From: a virus
Lineage: Duplodnaviria; Caudoviricetes
Length of the DNA stretch: 64,000 nucleotides
IMG/VR virus record: IMGVR_UViG_3300021254_000020
Location: 192,001 to 256,000 of that record
Strand: one strand, 5' to 3'
The position numbers and the translations under genes are program-made. The notes beneath the pieces are model-generated. The model ran no database searches. It worked only from the letters and a program-made list of their open reading frames with translations, and had not been told where the DNA came from. Below, piece by piece: positions 10,627 to 21,213 of the stretch. Numbering within the stretch: the stretch's first letter is position 1; each line of letters starts with the position of its first letter.

Positions 10627-12567
10627 TTATTTATAGATTGCTGATAACTGCACATGTCCTTGACTATTCAAACAATGATTTTCAAACTGTTTGAACTGAT
10701 CAGTCTGTAGCATATTATTCAGATCTATAACTTGGCCATTGGATGGTGTTCTAGGATCTTGAGTACCCATCCAAGTAGGACCACATGGACCATAGTTAGC
10801 AAAGTTCTGAAGAGCTGTTTGATACGTCTGTCTATTACTCATAAACATAGCTTGTCTAGCTCCCTCAGCTTGCTGTCTCTCTACTTCCATTACGTGAATT
10901 CTATTATTCAGGAAATAGAGATTCTCCATCATTTCCATTGCACTCATATCTCTTCTTACAGATCCTTGAGTGAATTGATTAATCGCATTATACATAACTG
11001 CATTTGCCCATTCTCTTTCCTTAATAGGATCGAATGGTACATAATGATCTAAATACTGTATATTTCTAGCTGTCATCTGTTGAATCCATATGTCACGAGA
11101 ATATGCTTGCCTCTGATCTACCATCTGTGGATTGTTATTCACAGTATGGTTCATAGGAGTTCCAAACCACCAAGCATTAAATTCCTCATCATTCATCTTA
11201 TGTCTTAAGGCATATTTGAAGAATTCCATATTAGTATTATAGGCTTTCTTCTCTTCCTTCATTTGATGAAGACGAGTAGCCAACGGATCATAGGGATTAT
11301 ACTTCTCTTCAACCTCTTTAGGTTTCTCAGGCTGAGCTAGATCTTTATTAAGTTCAGCTAGATCAATACCCATAAGTCGTTTGGCACCATCCATCATTTC
11401 AAAATAAGCTCTATCTACGAAGATATCCCATTCCTCTTGAGTCAATTCTCTACCACGATCATATTCATAATCAGGTTTTCCTCCTAATCCTATTCTTTTA
11501 AGGACTATAGGAACTGGCTGACTCATATCTGGTCTTACACCAGATGGGGAAGATGGATCTTCAATTACTGGAGGTAGTGGTCTATTTCTATAAGGAGCAC
11601 GATAATCTATTTTAGGATTCATCATCTCCTTCTGTCTATATTCTTGTACTATATTTATTAGATAGAGCTTAAAATATTCATAATCCTCTCTGGTACATCC
11701 TTTAAACGTAGGAATGTTCCATCCACAATGAGCTAATGCCTTATCATAGATTGCTACATCTTTGCATATCTTTTCTAGCTCTACATCATCCTCTTGTGTC
11801 CAATTTAGAGGTGTTTCAGATATCACCTTAATATAAGTTCTATCTGGAACCAACTCATCATCAGTATATGGAGTTCCTGGTTCATGCTTAGGAACTGGAG
11901 GTTTATAAATTTTATAATGGATCTTTCTATTCTGAGAGTTCAGAATAGGAGGTTGTTCTTTCTTCTCCTCTTCTTTCTTAGAGGATCCTTTTACTATCCT
12001 CACAGTAGTAGTTATACCATGAATGATCTTATCTAAATAAGCTATACCAGTCACCTTAGGAATATCTTCTTTTGGTTTAGGTTCTGGTCTCTTTCTAGAA
12101 CCTCTAGTGATTTTAACCTTGACCTCAAACCTAGATCCAGGTCCTGGAATCATAAAGCTATCTAGATTATCATCCATGGCATTTACTACCATAGGAGCAC
12201 CACCATACCAAGTACCACCATATGCAGGTCTGTTAAACATAGATGGATTCATCCATTGGTTCTGCTGAATCAAATTTGGATTGTTATATGGATTGGTATA
12301 TCCATATGGGTTTAGTATGGTAGTATTAGCCATATTAGGTACCGCACCCATCATCTGAGGAGGAGGTATCTGTGGCTGTTGATAAAACTGTTGTGGTTGT
12401 TGCATCTGAGCTACTTGCTCAGGATTGCTGAAGTCTACATATGGTTCTAACATTGTTGGATTATCCTTTCTAGCCTGCTGGTATATTTGGCTGGCTCTAT
12501 ATTGATTTAAGGCTTCTTGCCTATCTCGTTCAGCCAGCGATTCTGGGCTAAACATACTCTCAAACAA
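10627..12567 (-). CDS. hypothetical protein with Q/P/N/M-rich N-terminus
   Basis: 646-aa ORF, GGAGG RBS. Confidence 0.75.
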   Translation of the reverse strand: MFESMFSPESLAERDRQEALNQYRASQIYQQARKDNPTMLEPYVDFSNPEQVAQMQQPQQFYQQPQIPPPQMMGAVPNMANTTILNPYGYTNPYNNPNLIQQNQWMNPSMFNRPAYGGTWYGGAPMVVNAMDDNLDSFMIPGPGSRFEVKVKITRGSRKRPEPKPKEDIPKVTGIAYLDKIIHGITTTVRIVKGSSKKEEEKKEQPPILNSQNRKIHYKIYKPPVPKHEPGTPYTDDELVPDRTYIKVISETPLNWTQEDDVELEKICKDVAIYDKALAHCGWNIPTFKGCTREDYEYFKLYLINIVQEYRQKEMMNPKIDYRAPYRNRPLPPVIEDPSSPSGVRPDMSQPVPIVLKRIGLGGKPDYEYDRGRELTQEEWDIFVDRAYFEMMDGAKRLMGIDLAELNKDLAQPEKPKEVEEKYNPYDPLATRLHQMKEEKKAYNTNMEFFKYALRHKMNDEEFNAWWFGTPMNHTVNNNPQMVDQRQAYSRDIWIQQMTARNIQYLDHYVPFDPIKEREWANAVMYNAINQFTQGSVRRDMSAMEMMENLYFLNNRIHVMEVERQQAEGARQAMFMSNRQTYQTALQNFANYGPCGPTWMGTQDPRTPSNGQVIDLNNMLQTDQFKQFENHCLNSQGHVQLSAIYK

Positions 12568-12609
12568 CTACTCTTTCCTCCCTTCGCAATTATAGTATGC
12601 AACCATAGA

Positions 12610-13269
12610 TTAGAATGGATATCCGTCCTTATACCTAGGGAGATTACTATTGTAATTCCATGGGTATGCGGTATAAGAATATGGATTTGGAGTACCGATG
12701 TAACCGCCTCCGCCATAGTAGTATGGATTATATCCATAATTGTAACCACCATAGCCATATCCATTATACTGATTCGGACTCATATAGAATCCTCTAGAGT
12801 CTTTGTTTGGGTGCCACCCATGAGGATACTGTATATTAATAACCTCTGGTAGCTTATCTAGTTTAAGTTCATACCCATCCTTCTCATCCCAAATTAATCG
12901 TTCACCACCAATTGATATATTCCTTACTTCTGGAGTATCCTTTTCTGGAACATATTCGGTAGGTTTCCAACCAAAATACTGCTGATTAGGATCAATAGGT
13001 TTGTAATCAGATCTGAATTTATCTTGCCACTTTGCATACATCACATGAAACATATTTGTTATTTTGCCCATATGAGACACACCATCTACAGGAACTAGAT
13101 TCCCTTCTGGATCTGATTTGAGATTTACATATGGGAATAAGATAACGAGATCTTTCAGCTCATTGCTTCTAATCATAGATTGGAACCATTGTTCATATCC
13201 ATAATCAGATGGGTTTACAGCTATAAATCTTCTCCCTAACTTATCCACATATTCTTCATATTTTTCCAT
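12610..13269 (-). CDS. hypothetical protein with Y/G/N/P-rich tail
   Basis: 219 aa, AAGGAGG RBS, early motif at 13300-13315. Confidence 0.75.
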   Translation of the reverse strand: MEKYEEYVDKLGRRFIAVNPSDYGYEQWFQSMIRSNELKDLVILFPYVNLKSDPEGNLVPVDGVSHMGKITNMFHVMYAKWQDKFRSDYKPIDPNQQYFGWKPTEYVPEKDTPEVRNISIGGERLIWDEKDGYELKLDKLPEVINIQYPHGWHPNKDSRGFYMSPNQYNGYGYGGYNYGYNPYYYGGGGYIGTPNPYSYTAYPWNYNSNLPRYKDGYPF

Positions 13270-13319
13270 TTTCTACCTCCTTCTTGATTTATTCCCCTTA
13301 CATCTTTATAGTATATCAT

Positions 13320-14138
13320 TTAAGACACTTTTGGTCTTTGAATAGATATTGTTCCTGGTTTGACCATTAACATCTCTGCTGCGTTAGGTCTCTGATACAT
13401 GGGGATACATACCAGACTAAATCCGGGTTGCCATCTGATAGGAAACTGTTTATCAGGACCTAGGATTAGAGTAGAACTAGCATAATTGATATCATCTACT
13501 ATGCTCTTCTCATAACCATGAATCCAGTTTCTAGTATAGATATCTATAACAGTATTGAAAGTAGAAGCATCAGCTATTACTCTACTAACCTCATCACTAT
13601 GAATATCTGGATGATAAGACTGGTTGATCTGTACCATAGTATTAGCCTTCTTAGAGAGATGATTCTTATCTCTTAGATTCACATGTCCAGGAGTATAGAA
13701 TACTCGTATTGGGCAGAAGTTCTTGAAGATCATTAAAGCTACATTATAGCAGATAGATCTCCAGTCACTAGGAATCATAAAAGGCTGATTTGCTATGGCA
13801 TTAAGTTGATCTGGAGTACGATTTGTAGCCAACCAATCTCTCAGATACTTGTATATATTACAAACTACAGTCTTACTATCAGTGAAGACATTAAAGACTG
13901 GGACTTGTTTTGTGTAATTGCAACAAGCCCATTGTACTGCCATATATACTCCCATAGCTTCTCCGAATAATACATCCTCGTCGATATATACTGCTAGATT
14001 ACTCTCACCAGTCATCGCAGACCTATAAGTCACAACGTAACCAGGGCAAGCGACACGTAGCTTGCCCCTAGTTGTTTCTATATCCATCGTTGATGTATCT
14101 GTGAAAATATTGATACATTGATCATAGTGGATTCCCAT
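13320..14138 (-). CDS. ribonuclease HI-like protein
   Basis: IFTDTS / GEAMG / VFTDSK / TPGHV / NTVID match the D-E-D-H-D RNase H pattern. Confidence 0.7.
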   Translation of the reverse strand: MGIHYDQCINIFTDTSTMDIETTRGKLRVACPGYVVTYRSAMTGESNLAVYIDEDVLFGEAMGVYMAVQWACCNYTKQVPVFNVFTDSKTVVCNIYKYLRDWLATNRTPDQLNAIANQPFMIPSDWRSICYNVALMIFKNFCPIRVFYTPGHVNLRDKNHLSKKANTMVQINQSYHPDIHSDEVSRVIADASTFNTVIDIYTRNWIHGYEKSIVDDINYASSTLILGPDKQFPIRWQPGFSLVCIPMYQRPNAAEMLMVKPGTISIQRPKVS

Positions 14139-14949
14139 TAAGTTTCACTCCTTCTATCATTGGTTTATTCTTTATATGAAAGGCAGGTTGTATTACCTCA
14201 GGACGGATTCCTAATACAGATGACTTATCTTCTCTATAACAAATAGGAGTTAGAGATTGTATTTCATTAGCATAGAATCGTAATGGGAAATAACGTGATT
14301 TTCTATCAGGAATAGATTCCATACTATTTATTACTTCCCTTATCCCCTTGATTTTATTAAATAAAATACAGTTGGATATTCTATCACTCATCTGATTACC
14401 AAATGATGGCTGTCTTATAGATTTGCATCCATTATCCATATCAGTAGCAACTAATCCTAGCTTATCATTCTCATGTGCTGCCTTAAGAGATATATCTTTA
14501 TAGTTATAACTCATCTTTTCTGGATGAGCAGGTTGATATCTAAATCGTAATGGGTAAAAAGAAGTGTATGCCAATAGAGCATTATTGTAACATAAATGTT
14601 TGAAACCATTTGCTGGCTTCAAACCTTTTGGTCTTTTTTCTCCAGACATAAACTGACTCAAGATATCAAGAGTTTCTCCTAAAGCATAAGTAGAATCAGA
14701 GTAGATTATAGCTCCTCTATTCTCTGGAATGGCTGGATTAGTAAAATCAAAAAGAGCCATATTAATGGCAAATGCTTCTGCAAAATTGATTGCCTCGTCC
14801 ACTAATATGTATGACTTGGTTCCAAGAAGCTCATTAGTATCATAATCTATTACAGTAACAGATGAGCATGATACCCATATTGCACCATGCTTTGTATTAG
14901 GTTGATAACTACTAGCATCAGTGGCTATTATATACATCTTTTCATTCAT
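14122..14949 (-). CDS. second ribonuclease HI-like protein
   Basis: IATDAS / AEAFAI / IYSDSTY / QPAHP / GNQMSD. Confidence 0.65.
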   Translation of the reverse strand: MNEKMYIIATDASSYQPNTKHGAIWVSCSSVTVIDYDTNELLGTKSYILVDEAINFAEAFAINMALFDFTNPAIPENRGAIIYSDSTYALGETLDILSQFMSGEKRPKGLKPANGFKHLCYNNALLAYTSFYPLRFRYQPAHPEKMSYNYKDISLKAAHENDKLGLVATDMDNGCKSIRQPSFGNQMSDRISNCILFNKIKGIREVINSMESIPDRKSRYFPLRFYANEIQSLTPICYREDKSSVLGIRPEVIQPAFHIKNKPMIEGVKLNGNPL

Positions 14950-15067
14950 TTATTGTAATCCTCCCTATAGTCTCATTATCATAAATATAGTATATGATTG
15001 ACAAAAAAATTACCACTGCTCCATAGAGAAGCAGTGGCTATGGCTTATTTTAAGGTCTTTTTGTATC

Positions 15068-15679
15068 TCATTTTTTAAATATCTTAGGATCTACCTTTAA
15101 TGGGAAAGATCTAATCTTCCCATTAATATCATACTGGTTAGCAGAGCAGAGAACTAGTACCTTATATACTTTCTTCTCATCAAACACTATCCAGCAAATA
15201 TATTTATTATCAAGATATACAGGCAAGAAGTATCTAGTAGTCCAGTCTTTAAAGTATTCTAGATTTACTGCTTTGACCTTCATATATACTAGATAGAACA
15301 AGAGTAGATCCTCTCTAGATGATCTCTCATCTTTAGCAAGTTCTTCTTTATATTTCAAAAGAAGATCTCCACCATTAGCAGCCCAGTTACGATCCATGAG
15401 TCTCATAGTATCATCAAACCTAGGAAGATCTAATGGTTGGAAGATATGATTACTCTTAATCCTCTCTTCTACTGCATCTCTCATTGCATCTATCTGCTTA
15501 TCTCCTAGAGTATAGTAGTTCAAGAACTCACTAATAACTCTATGGAACTTGTCTTGATATGCTTCAAAGTCACCCTTCTTATTACTACTAATAAAGTCTT
15601 TGAAGTTCTTTATAGTATATCCAAGGGATTCATTCACCGATACAGTATTCGGGTCTGAAAATGAGCTTAGATAACTCAT
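15068..15679 (-). CDS. hypothetical protein, possibly virion-associated
   Basis: 203 aa, last gene of the baseplate transcription unit, GGAGG RBS. Confidence 0.7.
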   Translation of the reverse strand: MSYLSSFSDPNTVSVNESLGYTIKNFKDFISSNKKGDFEAYQDKFHRVISEFLNYYTLGDKQIDAMRDAVEERIKSNHIFQPLDLPRFDDTMRLMDRNWAANGGDLLLKYKEELAKDERSSREDLLLFYLVYMKVKAVNLEYFKDWTTRYFLPVYLDNKYICWIVFDEKKVYKVLVLCSANQYDINGKIRSFPLKVDPKIFKK

Positions 15680-15690
15680 CTCTATACCTC

Positions 15691-18378
15691 CTATTCTACT
15701 ACATTGAATGTTATATCCGGATCACCAGTAGTCAGAGTATGCACATTAATAAACTCAGGCACTGTCTGAGTATAAGCGAAGTAATCATTCTTCAATACTG
15801 GATTCTGATAAATAGACTGCCAGAGAATATTGGAATAACTGTTAAGACCAATAAACTTAATATACTCAATAGAATCAGTGTATAGATTCTTTACGTACGT
15901 AATCAGGTTAGGCATATGGAGAGCCTTATCTGTAGAGTTGAAATCCTCAATGTATGCTTTAATAACCTGAATAATCTCAGGAATGAGCACAACTTCGTTT
16001 CTAGTAGCAAACTTGATTTCAAACTTGAGACTAATATTAACCCTATCAATGTTTTCATATTTATCAATATTCCAACTAGAGGAGGGTCCATAAGTATTAT
16101 ATAGTTTGAAATTGATACCAAAAGAATCTTCTAGTAAATACAAAGACTCTTGAATGTATCTACGTCTATAATCTACTAGATAGAAGAATGTTTGTACCTT
16201 ATCTTCACTATCTAACCAAAGAGTACGAACAACAGGAATGCTGTGGATATTGTATACGAACTTACTCTTGTTTCTATTCAGTTGGATATAAGACGTCATA
16301 AGATCAGTATAATCATAGAAGAAATCAATACCAGTAGTAGTTGCTTCATAGATATTAGTCAGAGTATATCCTTCTAATCCAGGAACTAGATCATCTACAC
16401 TATACTGACTCTTATCTCCATACTTTCTTCCATGTTCAGCATCCTCTTTTACGAGGATAAACAATTTAGCAGGCATATTAGCCATGAGATAGCTAGGAGT
16501 CTCATCAGTAGTACCTATATTATATAGACCAGAATTAAACATCATATGAGTTGTACGACCACCCATTACATTGCTAGTAGTAATAACAAAATCAAAGAGA
16601 TATGTAGATGTATTAGCGTCATACTCTATTAGGTTTCCTACAATATAACGGTATTCGTACATGTCTCTATCTTCATCACTATTATAGAGAACTATGATTG
16701 GTTTAATGGCACATTCAATCAATTCACCACTCTCATCGAAAGTCAAGATATCATAATCAGTTTCTATATTTTGAGCCATAGCTATCTGAATATGGAGTTC
16801 TCCTTTCTCATTATCAAAGTAGTTTCTATATACTCTCATATTATCTACAACGAACTGTAAGTCAGACTCCTCATTGATATAATCAAAGAATAGAGTGCGA
16901 GTATAGTTGACGAAGATATTATAGTATGATAGATAGAATGGATTCTTATTAATCACCATTAGATATGGACAAGTATAGACAAACCCATGCTTGTTCTCCA
17001 ATCTCTCATAATCCGTTTCCTCATCAGTTATAGGAACTGCATATTCACTGCCAGCCGCTAAATGGAATGGTATACCAGGGCTGATAACATAATTATCTTT
17101 GCTAGTAGAAGTAAATATATTACTATCAACTTGAACGTCTATAGTGTTGGTTGGGATTACATTACCATCCATCTTCATCAATAGGTATGAGAAGAAGATA
17201 TGCTCAATCTGATTGTATACTCGTTCTAATACTGTCATCTTACAATCTTCAGTCTGAATGATATTGAAGAAAGTCATTAGATCTGTATAAGTAGAGTAAG
17301 ATCCTCTTGCCAATGCTTCTCTAGGAATGAGTTGTTTTAGTTGTTCTAGATTAGCCCTATCTTCACCATACATAGATGATGAATTAGTGATAACCGATAC
17401 ATAAAATCCATTATATGTAAATCTATCACTAGTAAGAATTCTAAGTACCTGAACTGGTGAGGTGAGTTCATAGTTGCAAGTGGTTCCTAGAGTAGTATAT
17501 ACATGAATCTCTATTTCAGAATTATATCTAGGCTGATAGGAAGATTTATTGAACTTAAGTCTTATATTCTTCTCATCAATATATGTGTAATTAATAAACT
17601 CATCATCAGATTGGTAATCATATAATCCTTCATAAATAGGCTTTAAAACGTGTTCTACGATATTACCATCATTATCAGTCTCTTTTACTTTCACGTAGAA
17701 ATATGCTAGTTGATCCTCAAAAGAGAAACTCATAGTCTTAGTTTGAATAATATTATCACTAGCATATGAATCATAAAGGATTGTATGAGAGAGCTGTCTC
17801 AATGTAGTTTTAATACTAATAAGACGTTGGTTATTGGATTGAATAGTTCCAAGAGATGGTAAATAAGGATTAGTTTTAGAAGCGTATGGATTAGTATCAT
17901 CTAATTCATACATAGCCGTATATACTATCTTACCATTAGGAAGTATATTCCTCTTGATAGTAATATCATAATCTAAACGATATGGATATTCATTCCTATC
18001 ACCGATCAAGAATGTATAATCCTTATCTATCGTAACCTTATCATCTACCATATTTTGAATAAGGTTCTCTTCTGGGAAAGCTAGTATTACATCAAGCTGG
18101 GCTGGTGTAGCAGTAATCTTATTTATACCAAGAGCCAATGCATGAGATATTACATTCCTCTCATACTTAGCTTTAGTAGGAATAGCCTCTAGACTGTATT
18201 CACTAGCCATTATTGCAGTATTTTGAGTTAGGTTAGATAGTACAGAACTAAGATAACCATATACACCAAGATATAGAGTATCTTCAGATATATCTATATA
18301 TTTCTGTTTTATTGCCTCTAAAAAATTGGAGACTTGAAATATGTCTTGAGACAAGACATTGGTTGTTTCTGAAGCCAT
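15691..18378 (-). CDS. baseplate wedge-like virion protein
   Basis: 895 aa; EAIPTKAKYERNVISHALALG and SMYGEDR...LKQLIP resemble gp6/baseplate-J-type wedge motifs; in a late operon. Confidence 0.6.
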   Translation of the reverse strand: MASETTNVLSQDIFQVSNFLEAIKQKYIDISEDTLYLGVYGYLSSVLSNLTQNTAIMASEYSLEAIPTKAKYERNVISHALALGINKITATPAQLDVILAFPEENLIQNMVDDKVTIDKDYTFLIGDRNEYPYRLDYDITIKRNILPNGKIVYTAMYELDDTNPYASKTNPYLPSLGTIQSNNQRLISIKTTLRQLSHTILYDSYASDNIIQTKTMSFSFEDQLAYFYVKVKETDNDGNIVEHVLKPIYEGLYDYQSDDEFINYTYIDEKNIRLKFNKSSYQPRYNSEIEIHVYTTLGTTCNYELTSPVQVLRILTSDRFTYNGFYVSVITNSSSMYGEDRANLEQLKQLIPREALARGSYSTYTDLMTFFNIIQTEDCKMTVLERVYNQIEHIFFSYLLMKMDGNVIPTNTIDVQVDSNIFTSTSKDNYVISPGIPFHLAAGSEYAVPITDEETDYERLENKHGFVYTCPYLMVINKNPFYLSYYNIFVNYTRTLFFDYINEESDLQFVVDNMRVYRNYFDNEKGELHIQIAMAQNIETDYDILTFDESGELIECAIKPIIVLYNSDEDRDMYEYRYIVGNLIEYDANTSTYLFDFVITTSNVMGGRTTHMMFNSGLYNIGTTDETPSYLMANMPAKLFILVKEDAEHGRKYGDKSQYSVDDLVPGLEGYTLTNIYEATTTGIDFFYDYTDLMTSYIQLNRNKSKFVYNIHSIPVVRTLWLDSEDKVQTFFYLVDYRRRYIQESLYLLEDSFGINFKLYNTYGPSSSWNIDKYENIDRVNISLKFEIKFATRNEVVLIPEIIQVIKAYIEDFNSTDKALHMPNLITYVKNLYTDSIEYIKFIGLNSYSNILWQSIYQNPVLKNDYFAYTQTVPEFINVHTLTTGDPDITFNVVE

Positions 18379-18389
18379 ATCAAAACCTC

Positions 18390-19649
18390 CTAGTTAGTTT
18401 TAGTTGTGGTTGCAGACTGAGTATTTGCTGTAGCTGTTGGGATCGGTACCCACAATAATTTGAATTGTCTAAACTGACCATATCTATTGGCTCCTGTTTC
18501 ATTATTACTATCAGCCTTATCGTAATATATGAATGGATAGTCCATCAGTTCTTGAGATACCATCCCTATTTCATCATCCCATAAAGCAGCAGCATTGTTA
18601 CCCTTCCATGGTTGAGAACCTATCCAAGCCTCTATAAGAGTATTGAAGTCAGCTACTATATTAGGAGTAGAGTCTTCAAGCCAACCAGATACTTTAAATC
18701 CTACAGTTATTTTAAGAGGACCTTTATCTTGAATCTCACTAAATGATGATCTGGATATACTCTTAGGATATACACCTATTGCTTTACTCATATACAAAAT
18801 AGTGTTACCATCGGTAGATACTAAGAACTTATATACAGAAATGTGGTCATAGAGAATCTTATAATAACAATAGTCAGCATAATGAGCATAAGGGATATTA
18901 TTAATCTCAGAAATGTTTGATCCTGGACCTAGCATTCCTAGCCATTTGAGTTGTCTATAATAATCCCAAGTTTTGAATAAATGATAGATCTCTAAATATT
19001 TAGTATCCTCAAATTCAATAGAAAAATCCACATTCTCATCACTAGACATAGAACTCTTTGGATAAAAAATCTTAGACCCAAACATGTTTACTGCCGTTTC
19101 CATCTCTTCTACGTTAATATCAGGCATATCCATATTAGAGGTCTTTCTATTTGAAAGTATTCTCATAAATGGACAGCCATCTATACCAACGGCTGGATTG
19201 GCATTACCATAGGCAGAGCATAGATTCCAAAATACACTCTTTCTATATCCAGGAGAATCTGCTAAATTATTGAAATAAGATACTTTTTTAGCATCCGGTA
19301 ATAAATCACCTTTATCATCTAATAAAGGTAGATCTGGTTTGGTGAAGAATAAATATTCTCTTGCTCCATCTACATAATTAAATGGGTCATTTCTAGGAAA
19401 TCTATAGAATCCCCTATTAAAGTCCATATCTCTAGGTTCAAATATACCATTAGCTCTTAATGTTCTTCTCAATAATGAATCAGACTTATCTAGATCTTCT
19501 ATTAGTTTATTCTTATCAGTATCTTTTTTGCCACCATCAGCTCCATCAGTAATAGTAGATGTATATGGAGATTTGAACTCAGCTGGTCCGTCTAAGACTT
19601 CTGAGACATTCCCATTTTTATCATACATAAGAGATGCCATTAATTCCAT
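18390..19649 (-). CDS. virion structural protein (tail-tube/baseplate-like)
   Basis: YLFFTKPDL...FSIEFEDTKYLEIYHLFKTW...GVYPKSI tube-like pattern; late motif at 19665-19678. Confidence 0.55.
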   Translation of the reverse strand: MELMASLMYDKNGNVSEVLDGPAEFKSPYTSTITDGADGGKKDTDKNKLIEDLDKSDSLLRRTLRANGIFEPRDMDFNRGFYRFPRNDPFNYVDGAREYLFFTKPDLPLLDDKGDLLPDAKKVSYFNNLADSPGYRKSVFWNLCSAYGNANPAVGIDGCPFMRILSNRKTSNMDMPDINVEEMETAVNMFGSKIFYPKSSMSSDENVDFSIEFEDTKYLEIYHLFKTWDYYRQLKWLGMLGPGSNISEINNIPYAHYADYCYYKILYDHISVYKFLVSTDGNTILYMSKAIGVYPKSISRSSFSEIQDKGPLKITVGFKVSGWLEDSTPNIVADFNTLIEAWIGSQPWKGNNAAALWDDEIGMVSQELMDYPFIYYDKADSNNETGANRYGQFRQFKLLWVPIPTATANTQSATTTKTN

Positions 19650-19664
19650 CTCCTTTCTTATTCG

Positions 19665-19738
19665 ATTACCACGATGTCTCGGATTGCATTTTTAAGCCTA
19701 CCTCCTATAATAAATAGCTGGTAAGACATCCACATAAT
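19665..19738. promoter_or_regulatory. divergent pair of late-like promoters
   Basis: Minus GACA-TCGTGG-TAAT at 19678-19665; plus GACA-TCCACA-TAAT at 19725-19738. Confidence 0.65.
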
Positions 19739-19783
19739 GTCCCTAAACGGATAGAGCTAAAAAATATAGAGGAGGAATATACT

Positions 19784-21208
19784 ATGCAGCAGGACTTCAG
19801 AACTGTTCATGAAGCAGGTCTATTACAAGATATTCTAAGTCTGATGTCTGGGTCTGAAATTCCATATATCTCTGATATCGGGAATAGGATCCTCGGTAGA
19901 AAATCCGATAATATAAATATCAGTCGGAATATCGCTAAAAGTGCTTCTGCTCTTACTGCTACTTTCCCAGTTATCGTAACTGAGGCAACTGAATTGGAAC
20001 ATGCAGTAATGGTTAGTAAAGCTATTGAAAGAAAGGCAGTAGAGATGTTGCGTATGCTCTTCGCTGCTAATCAAATTACTAACGTGACTGGAGCGCAGGA
20101 TTATCTCAATAAATTCCATAATAATATCGACACTGGTATCGATTATAGTAAGATGGATGTAGATGATGTTATTGATGTAATGAATAACTTCACCGAAGCT
20201 ACTGACTCCGTTCATGATGCTGCTATAGCTGAGGCTATTAAAGCAGTATGTGAGGATACTAAGAATAATATCCATCATGTACTTGAGACCGGTATTAGAC
20301 AGACTAGCATTCGAGACTTCCGAGTTCGTGGAAGTCTGCAAGAAGCGGATGTTTGGAATGGAGAAGGCAGTGTACTCAACGAGTATGAGGTAGGTTCCAA
20401 TCAAAGAACAAGTACTAGAATGGAATGGCGTGGCGGTAGAAATCCGAGTATCTTTAATACTAGTCATAGCCGTACTGTAGAAGAGATCGATCCGAATGAT
20501 CCAGATAGGATGCAGAAGGCATACGAAATCATGAACAAGTCAGTTATTAAGACTGACGTTCAGAAAGCTAATGAAGCTGTTCCTAGTATGGTTATCATCA
20601 ATTTCGTATCTACTCTTGAGGGTGGACGTACAGTAAGCAGCTCAGCAGTTATTGGAGTAAAGGCAGTTCTTCATTATGTATCTAGTGAAGATATGGTTAA
20701 TCGTATCATCTTGAAGAATGGTGATAAGAGTGGTTTGTTCAATCTTATTCGTGCCACCACTAGAGAGATTAGCTTCTTCAAAGACTTCTTATTCGCAGTT
20801 AAGAGAGCTAAGATTGATGCTATTGCCAAATCTGGTAGAGGTAGTAATAGCAAGATCTGGAAAGTCTTGGAATTGAGAGCTCATAAGAGTGATCTTAACC
20901 GTGCTAGTGGTAAGAACAATACTGATTGTGCAGCTATCACTAGTATTATTATCTCTAAGGCAGAGGTAGAATTGATTAAGAAAGAACACCGTATTGATCT
21001 GATGAAGGTTGGTACTCTCATTGGTATCATGCGTGGATATAATTTGATGTGTGCGGTTATTGTTGATGACGTAGCTGAACGTGTAGACTTCTTGTATGAT
21101 GATGGCGAGAAACAGTTCGAAACTCTGTCATTCATGAGTCTTGAGAGAGAAGATTCTAATGGTCAGCTTAAGAAAGTTATCAATGTTCTAGCCGCTCGGG
21201 GGAGGTAA
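19784..21208 (+). CDS. virion structural protein
   Basis: 474 aa, GAGGAGG RBS, late promoter, several xxE-A/S motifs. Confidence 0.6.
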   Translation: MQQDFRTVHEAGLLQDILSLMSGSEIPYISDIGNRILGRKSDNINISRNIAKSASALTATFPVIVTEATELEHAVMVSKAIERKAVEMLRMLFAANQITNVTGAQDYLNKFHNNIDTGIDYSKMDVDDVIDVMNNFTEATDSVHDAAIAEAIKAVCEDTKNNIHHVLETGIRQTSIRDFRVRGSLQEADVWNGEGSVLNEYEVGSNQRTSTRMEWRGGRNPSIFNTSHSRTVEEIDPNDPDRMQKAYEIMNKSVIKTDVQKANEAVPSMVIINFVSTLEGGRTVSSSAVIGVKAVLHYVSSEDMVNRIILKNGDKSGLFNLIRATTREISFFKDFLFAVKRAKIDAIAKSGRGSNSKIWKVLELRAHKSDLNRASGKNNTDCAAITSIIISKAEVELIKKEHRIDLMKVGTLIGIMRGYNLMCAVIVDDVAERVDFLYDDGEKQFETLSFMSLEREDSNGQLKKVINVLAARGR

Positions 21209-21213
21209 ATATT

